Source: Tubulanus polymorphus (taxonomy: Eukaryota > Animalia > Nemertea). From it: a stretch of DNA of 64,000 bases. Where the stretch lies: contig NC_134030.1 in NCBI RefSeq assembly GCF_964204645.1, positions 19,366,210-19,430,209 on the forward strand, given 5' to 3'. Below are positions 1 through 17,378 of this stretch, piece by piece. Position 1 is the first letter of the stretch, and each line of letters begins with the position of its first letter. A program made the position numbers and the translations under genes. A model generated the notes under the pieces. It was not told the DNA's origin, did not search any database, and saw nothing but the letters and a program-made list of their open reading frames with translations.

Positions 1-253
1 AACACGAATCAAAACGAGTTTGTAGTTTCTCAGCGTGTGTCTGCAACCTTCGAGGTCGCATAATTCTAGTTATTCAGCAAAACAATCACGACTGGTCTTG
101 GCTTTTTTACAGTACTTCCAAAAGACGAGATAGAATGACATAATTTCAGATTTTTCTGCACAGAGTTCCAGAGTTTTGGGCCTTTGTGGATTATTGTAAA
201 TTTCCTATAATTATGCTTTGCGAAAGTTACATCTAATTCCTTACATCGACGTG

Positions 254-549
254 AAAGAATGCGAATTAGATTCGAAGAACGCTATTCGTTTGACTGTAGC
301 CGTTTCAGTTATATTGTTGGTATTCGAACTGCCCAGTTCGTTTCAAAGCTATAAAAGATTTATCGGACTTTTCGTCGATTTGCCGAAAATACCGTATCAC
401 GGAGCGACGAAAAGTATGGAGAGATTTTCGTCGAGTTATTTCCGATTGCCGACTCGTCGGCGAACTTTGTTATTTATTGTTTGGTGCATGATCGGTTTAG
501 ACATACGGCAAAAACATTGATAAATATAGTATGCACAGGAGTGCCATAG
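254..549 (+). pseudogene. Rhodopsin-class GPCR fragment (TM6-TM7), copy A
   Basis: Homologous to 27416-27721, with a 1-nt deletion before TM7; the upstream part is replaced by a LINE-derived patch at ~102-253. Confidence 0.75.
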
Positions 550-699
550 GTTCGAATACATACAGGCGCTAGTCATTACTGAGAAATAGTTGACCGTGTG
601 AATAACATATTAAAAAGAGAGAAATAGGAAATGATTAAATAGACATATTCTATATACTCTATGGTATAATATGCACCTGCCGTCTGAAGTCAAAAATAT

Positions 700-1436
700 G
701 ATAATAATAATAATAATAATGATGATGTTTTATTTACGAATTAAATTACAATTTAAGGTAGTAGGAATTAGTACAAATTATTGTCAAATAGGACGTTGGA
801 CGACAGTTGAAGTTAAAATTAACTTATTACCTGAGAGGCCTAGTCGCCCACACACTCACATTCACGCCCCATTCATACATACAAGTTACATGACAAAAAC
901 ATTCAACATAGAAAATATGATAATTCCAGGATATTCAGTATATTAGATTGATCAATTAGAAGTACATAATTTCATCTAAACATATTGGGAAATGAGATAA
1001 TTTTTTACAGTATTTGCAAAAGACGAGATAGAATGACATAATTTCAGATTTTTCTGCACAGAGTTCCAGAGTTTTGGGCCTTTGTGGATTATTGTAAATT
1101 GCCTATAATTATGCTTTGCGAAAGTTACATCTAATTCCTTACATCGACGTGTATTGTGGTTGTGTTTAACTTTGTTTGTAAATAAATTATTGTATCGCTT
1201 AGGAAGTAGGTCATTTGTAGATTTAAACATGAAGTGTAGAACTTGTTGATTATTGATATCGAATATTGTGAGTTGTTTCGTAGATTTGAAGAATAGTCCT
1301 GAATGTTCTAGGTAATGTTTCTTATTTATTATGCGCATACCTTTTTCAGTAGGGTATAGAGATTGTTTATTCTTGAGGGGTAGCTGTTAGCCCAGACGAT
1401 ATTACAGTGTTGTATGTGAGGTAATGCTAATGATTG
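700..1436 (-). mobile_element. CR1/L2-group LINE, 3' fragment (copy A; the rest removed by a deletion)
   Basis: C-terminal ORF2 (976-1338) plus (ATT)n-like tail; joins abruptly to peptide-gene intron 1 sequence at ~1436. Confidence 0.85.
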
Positions 1437-1721
1437 TCTCAACTTGATGGCAGTAAGAGACAGATACTATATCGTTTAGTAGAATCCACTTCATTCGGAT
1501 CATTTGGGACCAACAAAATTCATCTGGTTTACGCTAATTCTGGATTAAAGTCTAAATTTTCTGTAAAAAAGTGAACTGCAAATATTGTCCGGATAAGGCC
1601 AAAATCTGGATTGAATCGATCCGGCTTAAGCGGGTTTGATTGCATTTTATTAACTCTTGGTATTTAGCACTAATTCGGTGCTTACAAACCACGAATTCAT
1701 CGCACAACTATTCTATTACAG

Positions 1722-1770
1722 CTATTCTGATGATGAATCTAATTCTCCTGGCGTTCATAGACATCTCAAA
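1722..1770 (+). pseudogene. Orphan exon 2 of the Cys-rich peptide gene (exons 1 and 3 absent)
   Basis: tattacag|CTATTCTGATG...TCAAA|gtaagt, near-identical to 28687-28735. Confidence 0.8.
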
Positions 1771-2404
1771 GTAAGTTACAACATCAGATATATCCTAATA
1801 GAATAATCACACTCAGACGTGGTGAATTGATTCTAAAGCAAAAACCCACTATGTTTTAATCAAAAGTTTTGTGTAAAGCGGGTGACGACAAATCCAAAAT
1901 TCTAATCAAACTACTAAAACAATTCTATATCAGCCACTTGTCCACGTAGCCATAAAAAACCGTTTAAAAATGATAAAACCGTCAATCTTTATTCATATTT
2001 CACTACAATGAAGTCGATGGATGCTCGATCGAAATGCCACGCTTAACGGAGAGAATAAATGCAAAGACAATTGCGAAGATCACAAACCATAGAAATAAAG
2101 GCCTAACAATGGAAGTCACAATTCAAATAAAGCTGCAGGTTGCAACTTTGACAGAGACAGAACGGCTTTCACAATGAATCGATTCAGAGCTTGGTAAATA
2201 TTCGTCGCCGATGAAGAAGATTTTAAAACAAAATCTACCCATTTTGAACGGGAACAGTTGTTTCTACATATGCAGTTGCCACACAATGACTTCACACATA
2301 AATCCATTTGAGTTTTGTTCACGCCAAGATTTGCTGGTACAATAGATTCGTAGAGGCTCGGGTTGGTTTTGTTCATGTCTGAATAAATATTATTCACTAC
2401 GTAA

Positions 2405-2497
2405 AATGTATAAAATATTTAGATTTCTGAAGGGAAGATGTAGTGTCGCAGTGTGGAGAAACAGTGACGTTTTACAAGCTACAAATTGAAGGTAAGT
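2405..2497 (+). promoter_or_regulatory. Putative TATA box and 5' non-coding exon of the Gly-tailed secreted protein gene (equivalents at ~10350, ~18015 and, with a degenerate TATA, ~24250)
   Basis: TATAAAA at 2409, donor GAAG|gtaagt at 2491/2492, acceptor tctctttcag| at 2802 lying 21 nt before the ATG at 2824. Confidence 0.55.
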
Positions 2498-2823
2498 GCA
2501 TCGACTATAGGAGTTAGTTTCATCGTGGACAGCTCCAAAGATTTGGGGTCAGTGTAAAAGGACTGCGTCAGTTCCATAGACTGCCAGTCAGTTACATAAT
2601 ATTAAGAGTCAGTTTCACAGACGAGAAGTCCGTTCCATGGGGACTAGGTGCCGGATAAACAGACAACGAGGCAGTTTCAGAGACTAACGGCCGGTTTTAT
2701 TGACTCTAAAATTCAGTTTCATAGACTAAACGGCCAGTTTCATAGACCGTTCCAATATGTCACATAATTCAGAAACATAGATATTTCATCCATCTCTTTC
2801 AGACCGACAGTTTGTGTGTAAAG

Positions 2824-4593
<1,770 letters not shown>

Positions 4594-4883
4594 AAACATC
4601 ATATCAACAAAATAAGAGCTGCTAAAACTGGAAGTCAAACAAAATTTAGCTCGACAATTCGAAAAAAAATAATCGTTTGCAATATGAATTGAGAAATAAA
4701 TAGTCATATAGTTAGAAATTAACATTTTCTTAAATCAATATTGAGAAACGCTTCAGTTGAGATGCAGAGATTTTAAACGAGGAATACGAATCAAAACGAG
4801 TTTGTAGTTTTTCAGCGTGTACCTGCAACCTTCCAGGTCGCATAATTCTAGCTATTCAGCAAAACAATCACGACTGGTCTTGG

Positions 4884-5500
4884 TGTTGAGCTCATCATCG
4901 ATCCAAATCCTGATATCTACGTGTATATATCTAATATCCTGCAGTGGTCAAATTCCAGCTACTGGGCCCATTACCTCTTGAAATATACGGTATCTACACG
5001 TCTGTCCTTGTCTGCCTCTGATTTCCGGGTCTGTTCTGAGGCGTACACAAAAGTCGTGGATCTCCTTTTGAATTTGTTTTATATTTGGATCCGATGGCCT
5101 ACAGCGAATTACACGTATTTAGATCCGGCGATTATCGTTATTTGAATGTCTACATCGTCGGTAAAGTTCGCTAAATTTCGCGAAATCGGAAGAAAATGAC
5201 GGCGAAACAATGCGAATTAGATTCGAAGAACGCTATTCGTTTGACTGTAGCCGTTTCAGTTATATTGTTGGTATTCGAACTGCCCAGTTCGTTTCAAAGC
5301 TATAAAAGATTTATCGGACTTTTCGTCGATTTGCCGAAAATGCCGTATCACGGAGCGACGAAAAGTGTGGAGAGATTTTCGTCGAGTTATTTCCGATTGC
5401 CGACTCGTCGGCGAACTTTGTTATTTATTGTTTGGTGCATGATCGGTTTAGACATACGGCAAAAACATTGATAAATATAGTATGCACAGGAGTGCCATAG
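4884..5500 (+). pseudogene. Rhodopsin-class GPCR fragment (ECL2-TM7), copy B
   Basis: TM6 RLTVAVSVILLVFELP, frameshifted TM7 (DSSANFVIY); stops and frameshifts present. Confidence 0.8.
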
Positions 5501-5646
5501 GTTCGAATACATACAGGCGCTAGTCATTACTGAGAAATAGTTGACCGTGTGAATAACATATTAAAAAGATAGAAATAGGAAATGATTAAATAGACATATT
5601 CTATATACTGTATGGTATAATATGCACCTGCCGTCTGAAGTCAAAA

Positions 5647-5650
<4 letters not shown>

Positions 5651-5678
<28 letters not shown>

Positions 5679-8600
5679 TTTTATTTACGAATTAAATTAC
5701 AATTTAAATTAGTAGGAATTAGTACAAAATATTGTCAAATAGGACGTTGGACGACAGTTGAAGTTAAAATTAACTTATTACCTGAGAGGCCTAGTCGCCC
5801 ACACACTCACATTCACGCCCCATTCATACATACAAGTTACATGACAAAAACATTCAACATAGAAAATATGATAATTCCAGGATATTCAGTATATTAGATT
5901 GATCAATTAGAAGTACATAATTTCATCTAAACATATTGGGAAATGAGATAATTTTTTACAGTATTTGCAAAAGACGAGATAGAATGACATAATTTCAGAT
6001 TTTTCTGCACAGAGTTCCAGAGTTTTGGGCCTTTGTGGATTATTGTAAATTGCCTATAATCATGCTTTGCGAAAGTTACATCTAATTCCTTACATCGACG
6101 TGTATTGTGGTTGTGTTTAACTTTGTTTGTAAATAAATTATTGTATCGCTTAGGAAGTAGGTCATTTATAGATTTAAACATGAAGTGTAGAACTTGTTGA
6201 TTATTGATATCGAATATTGTGACTTGTTTCGTAGATTTGAAGAATGGTCCTGAATGTTCTAGGTAATGTTTCTTATTTCTTATGCGCATACCTTTTTCAG
6301 TAGGGTATAGAGATTATTTAGTCTTGAGGGGTAGCTGTTAGCCCAGACGATATTACAGTATTGTATGTGAGGTAATGCTAATGATTGATATATTGTTTTT
6401 AAGGTGTAATTAGGAAGTTTATGTTTTAGTATGCTAAGGATAAAAAGTATTCTGCGAAATTTAATTTCAACTTGATGTATGTGGTGTTCCCATGTGATTT
6501 TGTCGTCAATTATAACGCCTAAAAATTTGGCCGCTGTCACCTTTTTTATTGTTTCATCATCAATGTTTAGTTTAATGGTCTTCGTTATTTTGATTCTTCC
6601 CGAAAATAATAAAAGGTTGGTCTTATCGATATTCAGAGATAGTCTATTTGCGGAGAGCCACTTGCTTACTAATTTTAATTCATAGTTCATTTCGGTTTCG
6701 AGGGTTTTGGGACATCTATTACTGTGCATTAAACTTGTGTCGTCTGCAAAAAGGATGAAGTCTAGGATTTTCGATGATTCTGTGATATCATTGATATATA
6801 TCAAAAATAAAAGTGGCCCTAGGATTGATCCTTGTGGTATTCCCGTTTTAATGGCTTTGAAATCCGATAATGCTGAGTTTATGTTAGTTAATTGATATCT
6901 ATCTGTTAGATAATTCCTAAACCATGCATTTGTGATACCTCTGATCCCATAATGATTTCATTTAAACAATAAAATCGAATGATCTATTGTATCAAAGGCC
7001 TTTTTAAGATCAAGTAGAATAAGCGCTGTAATTTTTCCATCTTCCAGGTTTTTAGTGATTTTGTCTAGTAATGTTATCAATGCTAAATCTGTAGAATACT
7101 TTTTTCGAAGGCAAAATTGTTTGTCGGAGAGAATCGCATCACAGAAGTTTGAGAGTCGATTATGAGTTTTTCTAGAATTTTGGAAATAGAGGGGAGAATT
7201 GAGATAGGACGATAATTTCTTGCTTCGCATGTGTCACCTGATTTAAAGATAGGTACAACTCTCGCCGTTTTGAGTTTACTAGGAACAGCTCCACAATTGA
7301 ATGACCTGTTGAAAATATGGCATTAAGGGTCTACGATTTCTGGTATAACATATCAAATAATTTTCATGGGTATACCATCTGTGCCAGCAGTGTTTGAGCT
7401 TTTGAGTGTTCGTACTAAATCAATAATTTCTGTCTCGACTACTGGAAATAGATAAAAGCTTGATGGGTTTTGATTAGGTAAAAAGTGTCGAAAATTTTCG
7501 TTGCTGTTGATGCTGTTAGCAAGTTTGGGACCAACATTAACAAAATAATTATTGAATTCGTTGGCGATATCTTGTTCTTTGATTATAGATCTAGAATTGT
7601 TTTTTAGTTCCGTAATTATTGTAGATTTTCCCTTGGAGCCAATGATATTGTTTATGATTTTCCAAGTGTTTTTCATATTGTTCTTCTGTTTTAAGAGATT
7701 TTGCTGGTAGTAGTTTTTCTCCGCCGTTTTAAATATATTATTGAGTTTATTTTTGTAATTTAGATATTTATTCTTATCCCTTTCGGATTTGCTTTTTAAG
7801 AATATCTTATATAATCTTTGTTTAGTAGAAATTGATTTTAAGAGACGACCGACCGTAAGCCAGGGATTATGGGGTTTACTACTGTTGACTGTGAATTTTT
7901 TCAGTGGAAAGCTAGATTCAAATAATCCGATGAAAATGTCAAGGAATACGTTATAATCGGTTTCGCAATCGTCTTCATCCAGGACGCTAGTCCAATCTGA
8001 CGCGACTAGATTATTTTTAAAGTAAGCCATATTATTTTCGTTAATCGAACGATTAGTTATTTCATATTTTGTATTCTTCATTTTAGTTGGTATTAGCGTA
8101 AAGATAGGTAGATGGTTGGAGATATCTGAAATGATCACCCCTGAAGTGTTGTTGTTGGAGAGAGAATTTGTGTAGATATTGTCGATCAGAGTAGCTGTAT
8201 AGTCAGTTATTCTTGTAGGTACATGGATGAGAGGTTTAAATCCTGTAGATATGACTTCGTTTAGAAATTTTGAGATTTGGTGGCAAAGATCACTCTTTAA
8301 TAGATTTATGTTATGATCTCCCAGTAAATAGCACTCGGTTTTGCTCTTTTCAATAAGTTGGAGTATTCTCTCAAATTCGGTATTAAAATTATCAATCTTT
8401 GTCCCTGGAGGTCTATATATCGTACCCAGTATGATATTCTTATTTTTACAGGATAATTCGATAAATAAACATTCTAATACATGCGTATCATCGGAGATTA
8501 GATCCGATCGTAATTTGAAATTTACATCTTTTTTAATATAAAAACCGACACCACCACCGACAGAGTAATCTCTGCTTAAAAATACGTTATTATACGCATG

Positions 8601-8967
8601 GTGGTTGTACAAGGTGTCATTATTATTTTCAGGTTTCGTCCAAGTCTCAGAAACCGCTATTATCGTAGGATATGAATTCAGGGAATCTAGTAAATAAGAG
8701 ATTTTATCGAAATTAGCTGTTAAGCTTCTACAGTTAATGTGTACTAGACTTAAGGGAGACGAGCAGTTTAAAAGAGAGTTGACAGTTTCTACATCGTAGT
8801 ATTTGCACGGATTATCATCCGTTATAAATTCATCTATTGAATTAGGCATTTATTTGTAGTTAGTTAACAATGAATTCAATTAACAATTACGATGGATTGA
8901 GATTCAATTTTTAGTTTTCTTTTCACTCGGCTTATCGGCAGAAGTTGTAGTCTCTGATAGTGACCTT
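5651..8967 (-). mobile_element. CR1/L2-group (L2/Crack-like) non-LTR retrotransposon, 5'-truncated, with fragmented ORF2 (APE endonuclease + RT), copy B
   Basis: APE motifs HINCRSL, IAVSETW, GGGVGFYI, IYRPP, LIDNIY and ISNHLP (SDH degenerate). RT motifs LDLKKAFDTIDH, GIPQGSILGP and FADD. (ATT)n tail; several frameshifts and stops. Confidence 0.92.
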
Positions 8968-9153
8968 CTTCTGGTGCCGCTAAATATTCAGTTAGATCGA
9001 TTGCAGCACCTAACGTGGCGATAGAGAAATTAATCATCGATCTTTTGTTAGATGTCTATTTAAACTATAGCGCGGAAATGTATATTGTCTTAGATCAACT
9101 CGACAATTCAATCAGTATCGAACGACGGAAGAGAAAATCATCAATTTCAACAT

Positions 9154-9715
9154 ATGAAGCTCGCTTGTGGTAAGTTTCTAAATTGATCTATGAATCAGTT
9201 TTCTAAACACTTACAGAAAAGCAGACGCAGTTTAGGTGTATCGTGTATCACAAACTCTCACTCAGTATTTGACACCAAGTCGGGGTATAATTTCACCCGC
9301 TCCAACTTTACCACAAAAAGAGACAAAGTCTACTGTAATTCACAACTTCTCAATCTTGACAAAAAACTCGGGTAAAATTTGCCTCAACTTGATGGCAGTA
9401 AGAGACAGATACTATATCGTTTAGTAGAATCCACTTCATTCGGATCATTTGGGACCAACAAAATTCATCTGGTTTACGCTTATTCTGGATTAAAGTCTAA
9501 ATTTTCTGTATAAAAGTAAACTGCAAATATTGTCCGGATTAGGCCAAAATCTGGATTGAATCGATCCGGCTTAAGCGGGTTTGATTGCATTTTATTAACT
9601 CTTGGTATTTAGCACTAATTCGGTGCTTACAAACCACGAATTCATCGCACAACTATTCTATTACAGCTATTCTGATGATGAATCTAATTCTCCTGGCGTT
9701 CATAGACATCTCAAA
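9154..9715 (+). pseudogene. Truncated Cys-rich peptide gene (exons 9154-9169, 9667-9715; mature exon lost)
   Basis: Encodes only the signal part MKLACAILMMNLILLAFIDIS; the array breakpoint at 9815 lies in intron 2. Confidence 0.8.
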
Positions 9716-10768
9716 GTAAGTTACAACTTCAGATATATCCTAATAGAATAATCACACTCAGACGTGGTGAATGGATTCTAAAGCAAAAACCCACTATGTT
9801 TTAATCAAAAGTTTTGTGTAAAGCGGGTGACGACAAATCCAAAATTCTAATCAAACTACTAAAACAATTCTATATCAGCCACTTGTCCACGTAGCCATAA
9901 AAAACCGTTTAAAAATGATAAAACCGTCAATCTTTATTCATATTTCACTACAATGAAGTCGATGGATGCTCGATCGAAATGCCACGCTTAACGGAGAGAA
10001 TAAATGCAAAGACAATTGCGAAGATCACAAACCATAGAAATAAAGGCCTAACAATGGAAGTCACAATTCAAATAAAGCTGCAGGTTGCAACTTTGACAGA
10101 GACAGAACGGCTTTCACAATGAATCGATTCAGAGCTTGGTAAATATTCGTCGCCGATGAAGAAGATTTTAAAACAAAATCTACCCATTTTGAACGGGAAC
10201 AGTTGTTTCTACATATGCAGTTGCCACACAATGACTTCACACATAAATCCATTTGAGTTTTGTTCACGCCAAGATTTGCTGGTACAATAGATTCGTAGAG
10301 GCTCGGGTTGGTTTTGTTCATGTCTGAATAAATATTATTCACTACGTAAAATGTATAAAATATTTAGATTTCTGAAGGGAAGATGTAGTGTCGCAGTGTG
10401 GAGAAACAGTGACGTTTTACAAGCTACAAATTGAAGGTAAGTGCATCGACTATAGGAGTTAGTTTCATCGTGGACAGCTCCAAAGATTTGGGGTCAGTGT
10501 AAAAGGACTGCGTCAGTTCCATAGACTGCCAGTCAGTTACATAATATTAAGAGTCAGTTTCACAGACGAGAAGTCCGTTCCATGGGGACTAGGTGCCGGA
10601 TAAACAGACAACGAGGCAGTTTCAGAGACTAACGGCCGGTTTTATTGACTCTAAAATTCAGTTTCATAGACTAAACGGCCAGTTTCATAGACCGTTCCAA
10701 TATGTCACATAATTCAGAAACATAGATATTTCATCCATCTCTTTCAGACCGACAGTTTGTGTGTAAAG

Positions 10769-12348
<1,580 letters not shown>

Positions 12349-12638
12349 AAACATCATATCAACAAAATAAGAGCTGCTAAAACTGGAAGTCAAACAAAAT
12401 TTAGCTCGACAATTCGAAAAAAAATAATCGTTTGCAATATGAATTGAGAAATAAATAGTCATATAGTTAGAAATTAACATTTTCTTAAATCAATATTGAG
12501 AAACGCTTCAGTTGAGATGCAGAGATTTTAAACGAGGAATACGAATCAAAACGAGTTTGTAGTTTTTCAGCGTGTACCTGCAACCTTCCAGGTCGCATAA
12601 TTCTAGCTATTCAGCAAAACAATCACGACTGGTCTTGG

Positions 12639-13255
12639 TGTTGAGCTCATCATCGATCCAAATCCTGATATCTACGTGTATATATCTAATATCCTGCAGT
12701 GGTCAAATTCCAGCTACTGGGCCCATTACCTCTTGAAATATACGGTATCTACACGTCTGTCCTTGTCTACCTCTGATTTCCGGGTCTGTTCTGAGGCGTA
12801 CACAAAAGTCGTGGATCTCCTTTTGAATTTGTTTTATATTTGGATCCGATGGCCTACAGCGAATTACACGTATTTAGATCCGGCGATTATCGTTATTTGA
12901 ATGTCTACATCGTCGGTAAAGTTCGCTAAATTTCGCGAAATCGGAAGAAAATGACGGCGAAACAATGCGAATTAGATTCGAAGAACGCTATTCGTTTGAC
13001 TGTAGCCGTTTCAGTTATATTGTTGGTATTCGAACTGCCCAGTTCGTTTCAAAGCTATAAAAGATTTATCGGACTTTTCGTCGATTTGCCGAAAATGCCG
13101 TATCACGGAGCGACGAAAAGTGTGGAGAGATTTTCGTCGAGTTATTTCCGATTGCCGACTCGTCGGCGAACTTTGTTATTTATTGTTTGGTGCATGATCG
13201 GTTTAGACATACGGCAAAAACATTGATAAATATAGTATGCACAGGAGTGCCATAG
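12639..13255 (+). pseudogene. GPCR fragment, copy C
   Basis: Near-identical to copy B. Confidence 0.8.
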
Positions 13256-13401
13256 GTTCGAATACATACAGGCGCTAGTCATTACTGAGAAATAGTTGAC
13301 CGTGTGAATAACATATTAAAAAGATAGAAATAGGAAATGATTAAATAGACATATTCTATATACTGTATGGTATAATATGCACCTGCCGTCTGAAGTCAAA
13401 A

Positions 13402-13405
<4 letters not shown>

Positions 13406-13433
<28 letters not shown>

Positions 13434-16400
13434 TTTTATTTACGAATTAAATTACAATTTAAATTAGTAGGAATTAGTACAAAATATTGTCAAATAGGAC
13501 GTTGGACGACAGTTGAAGTTAAAATTAACTTATTACCTGAGAGGCCTAGTCGCCCACACACTCACATTCACGCCCCATTCATACATACAAGTTACATGAC
13601 AAAAACATTCAACATAGAAAATATGATAATTCCAGGATATTCAGTATATTAGATTGATCAATTAGAAGTACATAATTTCATCTAAACATATTGGGAAATG
13701 AGATAATTTTTTACAGTATTTGCAAAAGACGAGATAGAATGACATAATTTCAGATTTTTCTGCACAGAGTTCCAGAGTTTTGGGCCTTTGTGGATTATTG
13801 TAAATTGCCTATAATCATGCTTTGCGAAAGTTACATCTAATTCCTTACATCGACGTGTATTGTGGTTGTGTTTAACTTTGTTTGTAAATAAATTATTGTA
13901 TCGCTTAGGAAGTAGGTCATTTATAGATTTAAACATGAAGTGTAGAACTTGTTGATTATTGATATATATATATATTGATTGAATATTGTGACCTTGTTTC
14001 GTAGATTTGAAGAATGGTCCTGAATGTTCTAGGTAATGTTTCTTATTTCTTATGCGCATACCTTTTTCAGTAGGGTATAGAGATTATTTAGTCTTGAGGG
14101 GTAGCTGTTAGCCCAGACGATATTACAGTATTGTATGTGAGGTAATGCTAATGATTGATATATTGTTTTTAAGGTGTAATTAGGAAGTTTATGTTTTAGT
14201 ATGCTAAGGATAAAAAGTATTCTGCGAAATTTAATTTCAACTTGATGTATGTGGTGTTCCCATGTGATTTTGTCGTCAATTATAACGCCTAAAAATTTGG
14301 CCGCTGTCACCTTTTTTATTGTTTCATCATCAATGTTTAGTTTAATGGTCTTCGTTATTTTGATTCTTCCCGAAAATAATAAAAGGTTGGTCTTATCGAT
14401 ATTCAGAGATAGTCTATTTGCGGAGAGCCACTTGCTTACTAATTTTAATTCATAGTTCATTTCGGTTTCGAGGGTTTTGGGACATCTATTACTGTGCATT
14501 AAACTTGTGTCGTCTGCAAAAAGGATGAAGTCTAGGATTTTCGATGATTCTGTGATATCATTGATATATATCAAAAATAAAAGTGGCCCTAGGATTGATC
14601 CTTGTGGTATTCCCGTTTTAATGGCTTTGAAATCCGATAATGCTGAGTTTATGTTAGTTAATTGATATCTATCTGTTAGATAATTCCTAAACCATGCATT
14701 TGTGATACCTCTGATCCCATAATGATTTCATTTAAACAATAAAATCGAATGATCTATTGTATCAAAGGCCTTTTTAAGATCAAGTAGAATAAGCGCTGTA
14801 ATTTTTCCATCTTCCAGGTTTTTAGTGATTTTGTCTAGTAATGTTATCAATGCTAAATCTGTAGAATACTTTTTTCGAAGGCAAAATTGTTTGTCGGAGA
14901 GAATCGCATCACAGAAGTTTGAGAGTCGATTATGAGTTTTTCTAGAATTTTGGAAATAGAGGGGAGAATTGAGATAGGACGATAATTTCTTGCTTCGCAT
15001 GTGTCACCTGATTTAAAGATAGGTACAACTCTCGCCGTTTTGAGTTTACTAGGAACAGCTCCACAATTGAATGACCTGTTGAAAATATGGCATTAAGGGT
15101 CTACGATTTCTGGTATAACATATTTGATAATTTTCATGGGTATACCATCTGTGCCAGCAGTGTTTGAGCTTTTGAGTGTTCGTACTAAATCAATAATTTC
15201 TGTCTCGACTACTGGAAATAGATAAAAGCTTGATGGGTTTTGATTAGGTAAAAAGTGTCGAAAATTTTCGTTGCTGTTGATGCTGTTAGCAAGTTTGGGA
15301 CCAACATTAACAAAATAATTATTGAATTCGTTGGCGATATCTTGTTCTTTGATTATAGATCTAGAATTGTTTTTTAGTTCCGTAATTATTGTAGATTTTC
15401 CCTTGGAGCCAATGTTATTGTTTATGATTTTCCAAGTGTTTTTCATATTGTTCTTCTGTTTTAAGAGATTTTGCTGGTAGTAGTTTTTCTCCACCGTTTT
15501 AAATATATTATTGAGTTTTTTTTTGTAATTTAGATATTTATTCTTATCCCTTTCGGATTTGCTTTTTAAGAATATCTTATATAATCTTTGTTTAGTAGAA
15601 ATTGATTTTAAGAGACGACCGACCGTAAGGGATTATGGGGTTTACTACTGTTGACTGTGAATTTTTTCAGTGGAAAGCTAGATTCAAATAATCCGATGAA
15701 AATGTCAAGGAATACGTTATAATCGGTTTCGCAATCGTCTTCATCCAGGACGCTAGTCCAATCTGACGCGACTAGATTATTTTTAAAGTAAGCCATATTA
15801 TTTTCGTTAATCGAACGATTAGTTATTTCATATTTTGTATTCTTCATTTTAGTTGGTATTAGCGTAAAGATAGGTAGATGGTTGGAGATATCTGAAATGA
15901 TCACCCCTGAAGTGTTGTTGTTGGAGAGAGAATTTGTGTAGATATTGTCGATCAGAGTAGCTGTATAGTCAGTTATTCTTGTCGGTACATGGATGAGAGG
16001 TTTAAATCCTGTAGATATGACTTCGTTTAGAAATTTTGAGATTTGGTGGCAAAGATCACTCTTTAATAGATTTATGTTATGATCTCCCAGTAAATAGCAC
16101 TCGGTTTTGCTCTTTTCAATAAGTTGGAGTATTCCCTCAAATTCGGTATTAAAATTATCAATCTTTGTCCCTGGAGGTCTATATATCGTACCCAGTATGA
16201 TATTCTTATTTTTACAGGATAATTCGATAAATAAACATTCTAATACATGCGTATCATCGGAGATTAGATCCGATCGTAATTTGAAATTTACATCTTTTTT
16301 AATATAAAAACCGACACCACCACCGACAGAGTAATCTCTGCTTAAAAATACGTTATTATACGCATGGTGGTTGTACAAGGTGTCATTATTATTTTCAGGT

Positions 16401-16733
16401 TTCGTCCAAGTCTCAGAAACCGCTATTATCGTAGGATATGAATTCAGGGAATCTAGTAAATAAGAGATTTTATCGAAATTAGCTGTTAAGCTTCTACAGT
16501 TAATGTGTACTAGACTTAAGGGAGACGAGCAGTTTAAAAGAGAGTTGACAGTTTCTACATCGTAGTATTTGCACGGATTATCATCCGTTATAAATTCATC
16601 TATTGAATTAGGCATTTATTTGTAGTTAGTTAACAATGAATTCAATTAACAATTACGATGGATTGAGATTCAATTTTTAGTTTTCTTTTCACTCGGCTTA
16701 TCGGCAGAAGTTGTAGTCTCTGATAGTGACCTT
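13406..16733 (-). mobile_element. CR1/L2-group LINE, copy C
   Basis: Near-identical to copy B, with private indels (TA expansion ~13962, 4-nt deletion ~15629). Confidence 0.92.
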
Positions 16734-16810
16734 CTTCGGGTGCCGCTAAATATTCAGTTAGATCGATTGCAGCACCTAACGTGGCGATAGAGAAAATCAT
16801 AAATTTCAAC

Positions 16811-17378
16811 ATGAACCTCGCTTGTGGTAAGTTTCTAAATTGATCTATGAATCAGTTTTCTAAACACTTACAGAAAAGCAGACGCAGTTTAGGTGTATCG
16901 TGTATCACAAACTCTCACTCAGTATTTGACACCAAGTCGGGGTATAATTTCACCCGCTCCAACTTTACCACAAAAAGAGACAAAGTCTACTGTAATTCAC
17001 AACTTCTCAATCTTGACAAAAACTCAGGTAAAATTTGTCTCAACTTGATGGCAGTAAGAGACAGATACTATATCGTTTAGTAGAATCCACTTCATTCGGA
17101 TCATTTGGGACCAACAAAATTCATCTGGTTTACGCTAATTCTGGATTAAAGTCTAAATTTTCTGTAAAAAAGTGAACTGCAAATATTGTCCGGATTAGGC
17201 CAAAATCTGGATTGAACTGATCCGGCTTAAGCGGGTTTGACTGTATTTTATTAACTCTTGGTATTTAGCACTAATTCGGTGCTTACAAACCACGTATTCA
17301 TTGCATCTAAATACAACTATTCTATTACAGCTATTCTCATGATGAATATATTCTCCTGGCGTTCATAGACATCTCAAA
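16811..17378 (+). pseudogene. Truncated Cys-rich peptide gene (exons 1-2 only; 1-nt deletion in exon 2; upstream promoter deletion)
   Basis: ATGAACCTCGCTTGTG|gtaag at 16811; exon 2 at 17331. Confidence 0.75.

Noticed and set aside
2116-2397. Repeated 93-aa Cys-containing minus-strand ORF
   Set aside because: No signal peptide or motif, frameshifted in the most divergent unit, and conserved only through the recent duplication.
5927-8849. Active or domesticated reverse transcriptase, or a retron-like system
   Set aside because: Shared frameshifts and stops, degenerate APE SDH motif, 5' truncation; the multiple copies come from segmental duplication.
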